A DNA stretch of 64,000 bases from an uncultured Alphaproteobacteria bacterium (GCA_963742425.1 CAVULR010000003.1:23857-87856); one strand, 5' to 3'. Positions 1-13,718 are shown, counted from the first letter of the stretch. Notes: generated by a model from the sequence alone, not told the origin. Made by a program: numbers and translations.

Positions 1-922
1 CGCACCCGGCTGATCGGCCGCGAGCGCGGTTATCACGGCGTCGGCTTCGGCGGCACTTCCGTCGGCGGCATCGTCAACAACCGCAAGATGTTCGGGACGC
101 TGTTGGCCGGCGTCGATCACCTTCCCCACACCTATGACCGCGACAAACAGGCCTTCAGCAAGGGCGAGCCGGAATACGGCGCGCATTTCGCCGACGAACT
201 GGAGCGGCTGGTCAACCTGCATGGCGCCTCCACCATCGCCGCCGTGATCGTCGAACCGATGGCCGGATCGACCGGCGTGCTGCCGGCGCCCAAGGGCTAT
301 CTCAAGCGGCTGCGCGAGATCACCCAGAAGCACGGCATCCTCCTGATTTTCGACGAGGTCATCACCGGCTTCGGCCGGCTCGGCTACGCGTTCGCCGCCG
401 AACGCTACGGCGTGCTGCCGGACATGATCACCTTCGCCAAGGGCATCACCAATGGCGCCGCCCCGATGGGAGGGGTGATCGTGCGCGACACCATCCACGA
501 CGCCTTCATGAGCGGCCCCGAGCACGTCGTGGAACTGACCCACGGCTACACCTATTCGGCGCATCCGTTGGCCTGCGCCGCAGGTCTGGCAACGCTCGAT
601 ATCTACCGCGACGAAAAGCTGTTCGAGCGCGCCAACAAGATCGAGTCCGAAATTCGCCGACGCGGTGATGTCGCTGAAGGGCGAGCCGAACGTGCTGGAC
701 ATCCGCACCGTCGGATTGACGGCGGGCATCGATCTCGCGGCCCGCCCGGACCTGCCGGGAAAACGCGGTTTCGACGGGCTGAACAGCGCCTTCCACGACA
801 ACGACCTGATGCTGCGCGTCGCCGGCGATACCCTGGCGCTGACGCCGCCCTTGATCATCAGCGAAGACCAGATCGGGGAGATCGTCGATAAGGTCGCCAA
901 GGTGATCCGCGCGGTGGCATAA
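1..922 (+). CDS. Class III (omega-amino acid:pyruvate-type) aminotransferase, 5'-truncated by window edge, apparent +1 frameshift near 646
   Basis: Frame open from base 1 (RERGYHG); motifs VIVEP, LIFDEVITGFGR, FAKG and HGYTYSAHP. The C-terminus continues in ORF 665..922 (LALTPPLII). Confidence 0.85.
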
Positions 923-1053
923 CGGCCCCCGCTTTTCGGCACTGGATAAAAAAAGAAGACTTCTCCGCCGAATCAACAATGGTGTTAGGATCGGGAGGGG
1001 CGTTTCGCTTTTCAGCGAAGCGGGCGTCGGTTCCAGGGGGACGTTTGCGCTAG

Positions 1054-2500
1054 ATGATCCGCATTTCCACGATCTTTATCGCCGTCTGCATGGTGCTGGT
1101 CGCAGCATCCCTTGGCCTGATTCTGTATTCGATGGCCGGTATCAGCGGTTCGGAATCCGCGATCGTGGCGCTGACCGCGCTGACCTTCCTGATCCTCTAC
1201 AACGCGGTATCGATGCGGTTGCGCGACCGCACCGACGTCGGGGGCCAGATCGCGGATTTGTCCCGCGGCACCGCCGACCTTGCCCGCCAGGTCGCCGAAT
1301 TCGGGCGGCGGCTCGCCGCCGTCGAGGGCCGGGTGATTTCGGCAAATTCAGCCGGCGCCGACCGCATCCAGACCGTGGTCGGCGAAATCAACGAATTGGG
1401 CATGCTGGTCAACCAGCTTGCCGTCTCCGTCGCGCATCATGACGACATGCTGTCCTCGGCTGCGGCTGCGGCCGCCGCCGCTTCCCAGCCGGACAGCACG
1501 CAACAAAGGCAACTGCCTTCGGCGGCGGAAGCTGCAAATAGCGCGGCCGTATCGGCCACGACGCCGTCCTCTGCGGGCACAGCCGCTTCCACCTCCGACA
1601 GGCCTGCCCGCCCCTCGCCCCAGGTCCTCGCCACGGTACGAAGCGCGGTCGAGGAAAACCGCGTCGATATCTATCTGCAACCGATGGTGACCTTGCCGCA
1701 GCGCAAGGTCCGCTTCTATGAGGCGGTGACGCGGCTGCGCGACGACAAGAACCAGCTTCTGGCCGCCGAGGATTTCATTTCGGTTGCGGAAGCAGCCGGG
1801 TTGATCGGTCGGATCGATCACATGGTGATGCTGCGCTGCGTGCAGGTGCTGCGCCGGCTGATGGTGCGCAACAAGGACGTCGGCGTGTTCTGCAACGTCG
1901 CGGCAGCGACCCTCGGCAATCCAACCACCTTCGCGCAGTGCCTCGACTTTCTCGACGCCAATCGCGCGCTGGCGCCGTCGTTCGTGCTCGAATTCAAGCA
2001 GGCGACGTTCCGCAATCTGGGCCCGACCGAAACCGAAAATCTCGCGGCCCTGGCGCAGCGCGGCTACCGTTTCTCGATCGATCACGTCACCGATCTCAGG
2101 ATCGAGCCGCGGGACCTCGCCGACCGCGGGGTACGCTACATCAAGGTGCCCGCAGCATTGCTGCTCGATCAAAAGCAGAGCTCGGCGTCCGATATTCATC
2201 CCTCCGACCTGTCGGACCTGCTCGGCCGCTTCGGCATCGACCTGATCGCGGAGCGGATCGAAGGCGAGCGCGCGGTGGTCGACCTGCTCGACTACGACGT
2301 GCGGTTCGGGCAGGGATTTCTGTTTGCACCTCCCCGGCCGTTGCGGCCCGAGGGCACATCTGCTACCGGCGGGGCCGCCGAACGAGGCGCAGCAAACCAA
2401 TGGCTCCGGCAGGACTGGTTCGATCGATGACCAGAGAATCGATCCGCCGCGCGCGGCCGGCAACGCGGCGCTGGCGCGGCGTGCCGCCGGACCGGGTTGA
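1054..2500 (+). CDS. Membrane-anchored degenerate EAL-domain protein (TipF-like); ORF as called ends at 2430, probable true end 2500 after a +1 indel near 2376
   Basis: Two N-terminal TM segments, a coiled coil, YLQP/EAV-R and GQGFLF motifs; DDFGTG is replaced by DHVTDL. Lies next to HAD-ribF-ileS. Confidence 0.75.
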
Positions 2501-2515
2501 CCGGCCATCCCCGCC

Positions 2516-3370
2516 ATGACGGCGCTCCGGTTCGTCGAAAGGCTGCGCGATCTCGTCGATGGCGTCGATGTCGTGCTCAGCGACATCTGGGGTGTTGTTC
2601 ACAACGGTCTGGTGGCGTTCCCGGAAGCCTGCGACGCGCTTCATAACTTTCGCAAGCAAGGCGGCGCCGTGATCCTGATTACCAACGCGCCGCGGCCGGC
2701 CGATTCCGTGCAGCGGCAACTGCGCAAGCTCGATATTGCCGACGACAGCTATGACGCCATCGTCAGTTCGGGCGACCTGACCCGCCATTTCGTCGCCGAC
2801 CACCCCGGACGAAAGGTTTTCTGGCTCGGTCCCGAACGCGACAACTCGATCCATCGCGGCCTCGATCCGGTGCTCGCGCCGCTGGAACAGGCCGACTACA
2901 TCGTCTGCACCGGCCTGTTCGATGACGAAACCGAATCCGCCGAAGACTACCGCGCGATGATGCTGCAGGCGCGCGAGCGCAAGCTGACGCTGATCTGCGC
3001 CAATCCCGACATCGTGGTCGAACGCGGCGACCGGCTGATCTACTGCGCCGGCGCGATCGCCGAGCTGTATCGCGAACTTGGCGGCGAGGTGATTTTTTAC
3101 GGCAAGCCACACCGGCCGATCTATGAACGCGCCATGCAACTCGCCGCCGAGCGCAAACGTCATGCGATCCGGCTCGACCGCGTCCTGGCGATCGGGGATT
3201 CGGTACGGACCGATCTGGCGGGCGCGCACGGTTTCGGAATCGACTGCCTGTTCGTGACCCGCGGCATTCACGCCGAGGATTTCGAAGGCCTCGATCAGCT
3301 CGATCCCGTCTCGGTGAAGGAATTGTTCGGTCATCCGCCGCGGGCGCTGACCAGGGAATTAAAATGGTAG
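2516..3370 (+). CDS. HAD-superfamily class IIA hydrolase (TIGR01459-like)
   Basis: DIWGVVH, ITNAPR, CANPD, GKP and IGDSVRTD motifs. Confidence 0.9.
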   Translation: MTALRFVERLRDLVDGVDVVLSDIWGVVHNGLVAFPEACDALHNFRKQGGAVILITNAPRPADSVQRQLRKLDIADDSYDAIVSSGDLTRHFVADHPGRKVFWLGPERDNSIHRGLDPVLAPLEQADYIVCTGLFDDETESAEDYRAMMLQARERKLTLICANPDIVVERGDRLIYCAGAIAELYRELGGEVIFYGKPHRPIYERAMQLAAERKRHAIRLDRVLAIGDSVRTDLAGAHGFGIDCLFVTRGIHAEDFEGLDQLDPVSVKELFGHPPRALTRELKW

Positions 3371-3395
3371 TCGGGCCGCTGCGGCACACGCAATC

Positions 3396-3560
3396 GTCAT
3401 ACCCGCGCCCCGTCTACGCCTGCGGCTTCGCCGGGCTCGGCGCCAGTTCGCCGAAGCTTTAGCGGAGGCCGGAAGGCGGGTATCCAGTACGCCGGGCCTC
3501 ACGATTGAATTGCAGGTGGTGGTGGAATACGGGTCCGCCCGGTCAAGCCGGGCGATGACA
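3396..3560. repeat. CGTC-tagged REP pair with a second palindromic repeat nested in the left REP loop
   Basis: GTCATACCCGC...GCGGGTATCCAGTA left unit and TACGGGTCCGCCCGGTCAAGCCGGGCGATGAC right unit, between convergent genes. Confidence 0.75.
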
Positions 3561-3590
3561 CTTGTAGATGCAGCCAAAGAAGAAAAAGCG

Positions 3591-3986
3591 CTACGTCATC
3601 ACGAGGTCCGGAAACACCGCCTCGATCTTGGTCTTCAGCGTGGCGGCATTGAACGGCTTGACGATATAATTATTCACCCCCGCCTTCTTGGCGGCGATCA
3701 CGTTCTCGGTCTTGGATTCCGCGGTGATCATGATGAACGGCGTCATGGAGAGGCTGGGATCGGCCCGGACCTCCCGGAGCAGGTCGTAGCCCGTCATCGG
3801 CTCCATGTTCCAGTCGGAGATCACCAGCCCGTATTTCTTGCTGCGCATCTTGTTCAGCGCTAACGATCCGTCGCTGGCATCGTCGATATTCTCGAAGCCA
3901 AGCTGCTTGAGAAGATTTCTGATGATGCGGATCATGGTGCTGTAGTCGTCCACCACCAGAATCGACATCGACGTATCAACCGCCAT
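3591..3986 (-). CDS. cheY: Single-domain CheY-like response regulator
   Basis: ILVVDD, ISDWNMEPMTG, MITAE and YIVKPF receiver motifs. Confidence 0.85.
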   Translation of the reverse strand: MAVDTSMSILVVDDYSTMIRIIRNLLKQLGFENIDDASDGSLALNKMRSKKYGLVISDWNMEPMTGYDLLREVRADPSLSMTPFIMITAESKTENVIAAKKAGVNNYIVKPFNAATLKTKIEAVFPDLVMT

Positions 3987-4230
3987 CTTGATCCCCCGCA
4001 CGACACCAAACTAATGCCGCAAGCCAAATATTGCCCGGAGCGGGCCAAAAAACACCCGCAGTCCGCGCCTCCAGCAGTAGCATCAGCCCTTAAACAGCCC
4101 GTTAACCCGCTACCATCAGGGCGTGTGCATCGCGTCCGGGCGCGGGCTCAGCCTGGGCCCGCTTGACTTCATTGGGGCGCCCGCGTCACCGTCCCGCTCC
4201 CACCCGGCCTTGAGTTGAAGTATCCCCGAA

Positions 4231-5232
4231 ATGGCGTCTGGCTTTACCGTTATCCGCGATTCCACGCCGGCGGCCGCGATTCCCAAGGGAACGGTGGTTG
4301 CGATGGGCAATTTCGATGGCGTTCATCTCGGCCATCGCGCCGTTATCACGGCCGCCCTGCAGATGGGACGCAGCCACGGCCGGCCCGCGCTGGCGGTCAC
4401 GTTTGAGCCCCATCCGCGCAGCTTTTTCAGCCCGAACACCCCGCAGTTCCGCCTCACCGACGAGACCGCAAAGCTGCGGCTATTGGCGGGGACCGGGCTT
4501 GCCGGCGCGGTCGTGATGACCTTCGACAAGGCCCGCGCCGAAACCCTCGCGCAAGAGTTTATTCACCATGACCTGATCGAGCGATTGGGTATCAGCGGCA
4601 TCGCGGTCGGCTACGATTTCCACTTCGGCAAGGGCCGGGTCGGATCGCCGAGCCTCCTGGTCAGCGAAGCGCCCCGACTCGGCATCGAGGTCGATGTGCA
4701 ACCACACGTCGACATCGAGGAGCGGCCGGTCTCCTCCAGCGCGATCCGCATGGCGCTTGCGGAGGGGCAGATCGAGAACGCGACCGCCATGCTGGGTGGC
4801 CCCTGGTTCGTCTCGGGCATGGTGATCCATGGCGAGAAGCGCGGCCGCGATCTCGGCTATCCGACTGCCAATATCCGGCTCGACAGGAATTGCGGCCTCA
4901 AGCATGGCATCTATGCGGTGCGGGTCGGCCTCGGTGAGAAAAAAGATCAAATGCGCTTCGATGGCGTCGCCAGCTTCGGCCGCCGCCCGACCTTCGACAA
5001 TGGCGCGCCGCTATTGGAGATCTTCCTGTTCGATTTCGACGGCGATCTCTACGAAAAAACCCTCGATGTCGCCTTCATCGCCTTTATCCGCGAAGAATTG
5101 AAGTTCGATGGCGTGGAAGCGCTGGTGCGTCAGATGGATGACGACAGCGTCCGCGCCCGCAAGCGGCTGGCGCTGGCGCCAGGTGCGTTCCCCGAAGCTC
5201 GGGATGATCGGTTAGCTCGGTCTTACGGATAG
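4231..5232 (+). CDS. ribF: Bifunctional riboflavin kinase/FAD synthetase (possible extra C near 5190 alters the last residues)
   Basis: GNFDGVHLGH, VSSSAIR, GRDLGYPTAN, GRRPTF; directly upstream of ileS. Confidence 0.95.
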   Translation: MASGFTVIRDSTPAAAIPKGTVVAMGNFDGVHLGHRAVITAALQMGRSHGRPALAVTFEPHPRSFFSPNTPQFRLTDETAKLRLLAGTGLAGAVVMTFDKARAETLAQEFIHHDLIERLGISGIAVGYDFHFGKGRVGSPSLLVSEAPRLGIEVDVQPHVDIEERPVSSSAIRMALAEGQIENATAMLGGPWFVSGMVIHGEKRGRDLGYPTANIRLDRNCGLKHGIYAVRVGLGEKKDQMRFDGVASFGRRPTFDNGAPLLEIFLFDFDGDLYEKTLDVAFIAFIREELKFDGVEALVRQMDDDSVRARKRLALAPGAFPEARDDRLARSYG

Positions 5233-5290
5233 CCGCCGGCATGAGAGCTTCCGGCTTTGCGATTTGACCGCCGGCTGCTATGGAAAGCCC

Positions 5291-5362
5291 ATGTTTGCAC
5301 GGCGCACCATCAGCATTAGCGGCCCGGCTTCCGCCTGAGCTTCGGCTCGGCGCAAGACCGGG
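5291..5362 (+). promoter_or_regulatory. Putative ileS leader: 15-codon peptide MFARRTISISGPASA (5291..5338) overlapping a cUUCGg-capped hairpin
   Basis: ATG lies 6 nt after a TTGCGA-N16-TATGGA promoter-like sequence; two Ile codons; hairpin 5323..5362. Confidence 0.55.
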
Positions 5363-5426
5363 ATCCCTCTGATTCATCCGCGAGTGAATCGCGTTTCAGC
5401 GCCATCCAAGCCAAACCAGAGCATTT

Positions 5427-8477
<3,051 letters not shown>

Positions 8478-8480
8478 GCT

Positions 8481-8601
8481 CGTCGTGCGAAAGCAGGGAC
8501 CCATAGCCACCGGCGTTCGAGATAAACGAAGGAAGATGACCAGCAGTCTTTCAGAACAGATTCGACACGGCGTATGGGTCCCCGCGTTCGCGGGGACAAC
8601 A
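8481..8601. repeat. CGTC-tagged REP pair (inverted units)
   Basis: CGTCGTGCGAAAGCAGGGACCCATA ... TATGGGTCCCCGCGTTCGCGGGGACAAC; a similar pair lies at 18884..19008. Confidence 0.8.
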
Positions 8602-8627
8602 CTTGTATTTGCCGCGGCAGCCTCGCC

Positions 8628-9125
8628 ATGATCTCTCCCCTCCGCCCCGGTGTAATCGCGGGCCTCGCCGCCCTTGCGCTCGATCAGGTCTCGAAGCTCT
8701 GGCTGCTGTTCATATTCGATATCGCCAACCGCGGCGTGGTGAGGGTTACGCCGTTCCTGGATCTGGTGCTGACGTGGAATGTCGGGATCAGCTTCGGCTG
8801 GTTCCAGAGCGACAGCCAGTTGGGCCAGATCAGCCTGATGGTCATCAAGGCAGCAGCCGTGATCGTTCTTGCCATCTGGATGGCGAGGTCGCGCACCGTG
8901 CTCGCCACCGTCGCGCTCGGCCTGATCATCGGCGGTGCCATCGGCAACGCCACCGACCGCTTCGTCTACGGCGCGGTGGTCGATTTCGTCCTGTTCCACG
9001 TCCAGATCGGGGAAAATACCTTCAATTGGTACGTCTTTAACCTTGCCGATGTGGCCATTGTTGCCGGGGTAGCGGCCCTGTTGTATGAATCCTTCCTGGG
9101 GGTACCCGCCGCAAAAGCGCCCTGA
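8628..9125 (+). CDS. lspA: Lipoprotein signal peptidase II
   Basis: DQVSK, NVGISFG, GAIGN-DR, VVDF, VFNLAD; follows ileS. Confidence 0.95.
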   Translation: MISPLRPGVIAGLAALALDQVSKLWLLFIFDIANRGVVRVTPFLDLVLTWNVGISFGWFQSDSQLGQISLMVIKAAAVIVLAIWMARSRTVLATVALGLIIGGAIGNATDRFVYGAVVDFVLFHVQIGENTFNWYVFNLADVAIVAGVAALLYESFLGVPAAKAP

Positions 9126-9216
9126 TCCCGGCTGATACGAGCCAAGCTTGAACCTTGCTTGCCGGTTGCGACGCTGGGCCTTGATTCGCGAGCGGAAACT
9201 TTGAACGGGATGCGCG

Positions 9217-9939
9217 ATGCGCGAAACTGATGCCAAGCGGTGGACTGCGCGGATTTCGTCGGGAGCGCTGACGCGCGCCAGGCGGCTTGCCATCGTGATA
9301 CTCGGCGTCGGTCTGGTGATGACGGCGGGAGTCGCGCGTGCCGAGGACGATGACGATGACGACAAGACCTTCGAGGAGAAGGTCATCGAGAATATCATGT
9401 CCGGTCTCGGCGGCACCAGGATGGAGAACCGGGGCATCGAATATCGCGAGCGGTCTCCGCTGGTGGTGCCCCCAAAGATCGAACTGCCGCCGCCGGAATC
9501 TGTTGCCGATGAAGTAAAGACCAAGAATTGGCCGAAAGATCCGGATGAAGCCCGGCGCAAGGCCGCCATTGCGGCCCGCAAGAAAGAAAACAAGGATCCT
9601 CTGGAATCGAGCCGTCGCCTGACGTCGAGCGAACTCAACGTCGGCAAGACGGCAGCCCCCGCGCGCACCAATAACAATCCGAACCAGCCGGGCGCTTCGA
9701 ACAACAACCCGATCCTGAGCCCGGCACAACTCGGCTACACCGGCGGATTGTTCAAGAACATTTTCGGTGGCAACGCCAACGAAACCGCGCCTTTCTCGGG
9801 CGAGCCGACCCGGGAAACCCTGACCCAGCCGCCGACGGGCTACCAAACTCCGTCGCCGAACTACGCCTACGGTACGGGACCCAGAGAATCCAATAACAAG
9901 CGATTCGACGTTCTAACGGGCAAAGAAGTCAACTATTGA
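9217..9939 (+). CDS. Exported hypothetical protein
   Basis: Signal-peptide-like N-terminus (ARA|ED), YRERSPLVVPP and LTQPPTGYQTP motifs; sits between lspA and the M16 peptidases. Confidence 0.75.
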   Translation: MRETDAKRWTARISSGALTRARRLAIVILGVGLVMTAGVARAEDDDDDDKTFEEKVIENIMSGLGGTRMENRGIEYRERSPLVVPPKIELPPPESVADEVKTKNWPKDPDEARRKAAIAARKKENKDPLESSRRLTSSELNVGKTAAPARTNNNPNQPGASNNNPILSPAQLGYTGGLFKNIFGGNANETAPFSGEPTRETLTQPPTGYQTPSPNYAYGTGPRESNNKRFDVLTGKEVNY

Positions 9940-10148
9940 AGGCAGGCGCTGGCCTCAGGGAGCGTCCGGCGATTGGCGGCTACCCCCGGTACCGAAAGCC
10001 CTGGCTCGCGTCCCGGCGTCGCGCTCGAAAGCGACGAGGGGCGATGCTTCGGACCGCGAGCCGGCGCTTCGTACCATCGATTTGCTCCAGCAAAAAAGGA
10101 CAGACCGCAATCGGCGGATATCCAGGCTGACTGTCGTCAACACATGCC

Positions 10149-11531
10149 ATGACTTCACGACTTCGAATATCGGCGCTGGCCTTGCTTGTTGTCGCACCTC
10201 TCGCCTTGCAGCGCGCCTACGCCCAGACCACGTTGACCTCGCCGCCTCCGGCCTCCTTTACCCTCCGCAACGGCCTGCAGGTCGTGGTGATCCCGGATCA
10301 CCGCACGCCGGTCGTTACCCAGATGATCTGGTACAAGGTCGGTTCCGCCGACGAAACGCCGGGTAAATCCGGCCTCGCGCACTTTCTCGAACATTTGATG
10401 TTCAAGGGCACCAGCAAACATCCGGCCGGCGAATTTTCCGAAACCGTGCTTCGGATCGGCGGCAACGAAAACGCCTTCACCTCGACCGACTATACCGGCT
10501 ATTTCCAGCGTGTGCCGCGCGAGCAGTTGGCCAAGATGATGGAGTTCGAGGCCGACCGCATGACGGGCCTGATCCTCAAGGACGAAAATGTGCTGCCGGA
10601 ACGCGACGTCGTGCTCGAGGAATTCAACATGCGGGTCGCCAACAATCCCGAGGCGCGGCTGGCCGAGCAGATGATGGCCGCGCTGTATCTGAACCATCCG
10701 TATGGCCGCCCCGTGATTGGCTGGCGCCGGGAAATCGAGCAACTCGGCCGCGAAGATGCGCTGGCGTTCTACAGACGCTTCTATGCGCCGAACAATGCGA
10801 CGCTGGTGATCGCCGGCGACGTCGACGCCGGCGATGTCCGCCCGATGGTAGAGCGGACGTTCGGCAATGTCGCCGCCGAGCCCGCGATCCCCGCGCGGCG
10901 GCTTCGTCCACAGGAGCCGGAGCCCGCTGCGCCGCGCACGGTGACGCTGTCCGACCCCAGGGTCGAACAACCCGGCCTGCGACGATATTATCTGGTTCCT
11001 TCCGCCGCCACCGCCGCGGCCGGAGAAAGCCAGGCGCTCGACGTACTTGCACAATTGATGGGCGGCGGCAGCAATTCCTATCTTTATCGCGCGCTGGTGG
11101 TCGACAGGCCGCTCGCGATCAACGCCGGCGCCGGATATCAGGGCACCGCGCTGGACGACACGCAGTTCTCGATCTCGGTTTCGCCGAAACCCGGCGTCGA
11201 GTTCGCACAGGTCGAGGAGGTGATCGACCGTGTGTTATCAGATGCCGGGCAAAACCTGGTTCGCAGCGAGGATCTCGAACGCGTCAAGACCCAGCTTATC
11301 GCCGAAGCGATCTACGCCCAGGACAATCAGGCGACGCTGGCGCGCTGGTATGGCGGCGGACTTGCCACCGGTCTGAGCATCGACGACATCCGGAACTGGC
11401 CGGATCGCATCCGCGCCGTCACTGCAGAACAGGTCCGCGCGGTCGCGCAAAAATGGCTGGACAGGAAGCGATCGGTGACCGGTTATCTGATCAAGGACGC
11501 CGCGCCGAAACGCGAGGAGAAGCGCTCGTGA
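10149..11531 (+). CDS. M16 (pitrilysin-family) zinc peptidase, catalytic subunit
   Basis: Signal peptide; GLAHFLEHLMFKG (HxxEH); NAFTS. Confidence 0.92.
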   Translation: MTSRLRISALALLVVAPLALQRAYAQTTLTSPPPASFTLRNGLQVVVIPDHRTPVVTQMIWYKVGSADETPGKSGLAHFLEHLMFKGTSKHPAGEFSETVLRIGGNENAFTSTDYTGYFQRVPREQLAKMMEFEADRMTGLILKDENVLPERDVVLEEFNMRVANNPEARLAEQMMAALYLNHPYGRPVIGWRREIEQLGREDALAFYRRFYAPNNATLVIAGDVDAGDVRPMVERTFGNVAAEPAIPARRLRPQEPEPAAPRTVTLSDPRVEQPGLRRYYLVPSAATAAAGESQALDVLAQLMGGGSNSYLYRALVVDRPLAINAGAGYQGTALDDTQFSISVSPKPGVEFAQVEEVIDRVLSDAGQNLVRSEDLERVKTQLIAEAIYAQDNQATLARWYGGGLATGLSIDDIRNWPDRIRAVTAEQVRAVAQKWLDRKRSVTGYLIKDAAPKREEKRS

Positions 11532-12907
11532 TCCATGCCAAAACTTGTCGGAGGCCTTGCGCACGGCGCATCGCATGGATGGTTGCCGCCGGTCTGGCGA
11601 TGTTGCCGCTTTCGTCGTCGCCTTCGCACGCCGCAGCCAGGATCCAGCATCTGGTTTCGCCCGGCGGCATCGAAGCCTGGTTCGTGCAGGACGCTACCGT
11701 CCCGCTGATTGCGATGGAGTATGCGTTTAGCGGCGGCGCCTCGCAAGACCCGGCCGGAAAGTCCGGCGTCGGCAACCTGGTCGGCAATCTGCTCGATGAA
11801 GGCTCGGGCGATCTGGATTCCAGTAGCTTCCACGAACGCCTCGAACGGCGCGCCATCGACTTGAGTTTCAATTCGACGCGGGACTATTTCCGCGGTTCGC
11901 TGCGGATGCTGAGGGATGACCGGGACGAGGCTTTCGATCTGCTGCGGATGGCGCTGACGTCGCCGCATTTCGACAGCGCCGACATCGAGCGGATTCGCGC
12001 TCAGGTCATTTCCGGGCTGCGGCGCGACACCTCGAACCCGACCTCGCTTGCCGGCCGCAAGTTCCTGGAAGTGGCATTCGGCGACCACCCCTACGGCCGG
12101 CAATCCAACGGCACTCTCGAAAGCGTGCCGAAGATCGATGTCGCCGACATGAAGGATTATGCGCGCCGCGTGCTCGCCCGGGATACGCTGAAGATCGCGG
12201 TGGTCGGCGATGTCGACCCAACGACACTCGGTAAACTGCTCGACAGCACGTTTGGCGGATTGCCGGCCAAATCAAGCCTTGTGCCGGTTGCCGACATTGA
12301 GGCAGCCAGGCCGCCGCAGCGCGCCTTCATTCCGCTCGACGTGCCGCAGACCGTGGTGACGTTCGGCGGCCCCGGTTTGCTGCGCAACGATCCGAATTTC
12401 ATGGCCGCCTATGTCGTCAACCACATTCTCGGCGCCGGCGGGTCGTCGCGGCTCTATCGCGAAGTCCGGGAGAAGCGCGGTCTTGCCTATTCGGTCTATG
12501 AATCCTTGATGTGGGCTGAACACTCCGCGCTGGTCGTCGGCAGTACCGGAACCCGCGCCGAGCGCGCCGGCGAGACAGTCGATGCCGTCGAAAAGGAAAT
12601 CCGCCGCATGGCCGAGGACGGCCCGACCCAGCAGGAACTCGACGAAGCGAAATCCTATCTCAAGGGCTCGCAAATGCTGGCACTCGATACCTCATCGAAG
12701 CTGGCAGCGGCGCTGCTGCAATATCAGCTGGACAAGCTTCCGATCGACTACATCGACAAGCGCAACGCGATCGTGGATGCGGTGACGCTCGACGACGCCA
12801 GGAAGGCCGCCCGGCGGCTATGGAGCCAAGGCCTGCTCACCGTCATCGTCGGCCGCGCCCCGCAAGCCGCCGCCCAACCCGCCGCCGCGACGCCGAAGGC
12901 GAATTGA
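11528..12907 (+). CDS. M16 peptidase partner subunit lacking HxxEH
   Basis: M16 fold motifs (HPYGR, REVREKRGLAY); GTG start overlaps the upstream stop. Confidence 0.88.
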   Translation: MIHAKTCRRPCARRIAWMVAAGLAMLPLSSSPSHAAARIQHLVSPGGIEAWFVQDATVPLIAMEYAFSGGASQDPAGKSGVGNLVGNLLDEGSGDLDSSSFHERLERRAIDLSFNSTRDYFRGSLRMLRDDRDEAFDLLRMALTSPHFDSADIERIRAQVISGLRRDTSNPTSLAGRKFLEVAFGDHPYGRQSNGTLESVPKIDVADMKDYARRVLARDTLKIAVVGDVDPTTLGKLLDSTFGGLPAKSSLVPVADIEAARPPQRAFIPLDVPQTVVTFGGPGLLRNDPNFMAAYVVNHILGAGGSSRLYREVREKRGLAYSVYESLMWAEHSALVVGSTGTRAERAGETVDAVEKEIRRMAEDGPTQQELDEAKSYLKGSQMLALDTSSKLAAALLQYQLDKLPIDYIDKRNAIVDAVTLDDARKAARRLWSQGLLTVIVGRAPQAAAQPAAATPKAN

Positions 12908-12913
12908 ATAGCG

Positions 12914-13045
12914 GCGTCCAGTGCCCGGGGGCAGTGCAACGTGCTCGTCGGCGGTGCGGGCATAGGCAGGACAAATTCTTTGTTCTCCGTATAGGCCCCG
13001 GATCAGCAGCGCACCGCTTACGGCGCTGCGCGGCATCCGGGCACG
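12914..13045. repeat. GTCCCGG/CCGGGACAC-type palindromic repeat
   Basis: GGCCCCGGATCAGCAGCGCACC...GCTGCGCGGCATCCGGG, shared with 13561..13718 and 22288..22485. Confidence 0.75.
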
Positions 13046-13131
13046 CCTCTGCTTCAGCACCGCACGCAAAACCGCTATCCTCTCGTCTGGTCCGATTCCC
13101 GTCGGGGATCATCCCGGGCCCCGGTGACGCT

Positions 13132-13551
13132 ATGCTGCGGATTTCCCGCGACCTCACGATCGACGAAAACGACATCGAGATCTCTTTCGTCCGCGCCTCC
13201 GGACCGGGCGGGCAAAACGTCAACAAGCTCTCGACGGCCGCACAATTGCGCTTCGATACCCGCCGGGTAACGCTGGCGCCGGATGTCGCGGCGCGGCTGC
13301 ATCGCCTGGCCGGCCAGCGCATGACCAAGGACGGCGTGATCGTGATCCATGCGCAGCGTTTCCGAACCCAGGAGCGCAACCGTTCAGACGCAACCGACCG
13401 CCTGCTCGAACTGTTGCGCGAGGCTGCGACCCGTCCAACCCCGCGACGCCCGACCCGGCCGACGGCGGGATCGAAACAGCGTCGGCTGGACGGCAAAAAA
13501 CGCCGCGGCGACGTCAAGGCAAAGCGCGGCCCGGGCGGCTTCGACGATTGA
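13132..13551 (+). CDS. arfB: Alternative ribosome-rescue peptidyl-tRNA hydrolase
   Basis: RASGPGGQNVNK (GGQ motif), RTQERN, basic C-terminal tail. Confidence 0.93.
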   Translation: MLRISRDLTIDENDIEISFVRASGPGGQNVNKLSTAAQLRFDTRRVTLAPDVAARLHRLAGQRMTKDGVIVIHAQRFRTQERNRSDATDRLLELLREAATRPTPRRPTRPTAGSKQRRLDGKKRRGDVKAKRGPGGFDD

Positions 13552-13560
13552 GCCCGCGCC

Positions 13561-13718
13561 CGTGTCCCGGACGCGGTGCAGCGTCCTCCCCGCGATGCGC
13601 AAGCCTCGTCCAGTCCGCTGCCCGGCAGAGCCGGGACCCGCCTAGGCTCCAAGGGTGGGCCCCGGATCAGCAGCGCACCCCGCCGCGTGGCGGCGCCCTG
13701 CGCAGCATCCGGGGAACG
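13561..13718. repeat. GTCCCGG-type composite palindromic repeat
   Basis: CGTGTCCCGGACGCGGTGCAGCG...GCAGAGCCGGGACCC...GGGCCCCGGATCAGCAGCGCACC...GCAGCATCCGGGGAACG. Confidence 0.8.

Noticed and set aside
640-670. Aminotransferase as a true pseudogene or programmed frameshift
   Set aside because: Both halves are otherwise intact and similar +1 indels recur in the contig; sequencing error is more likely
4090-4105. CtrA box upstream of cheY
   Set aside because: TTAA-N8-TTAA spacing is off consensus (N7); suggestive only
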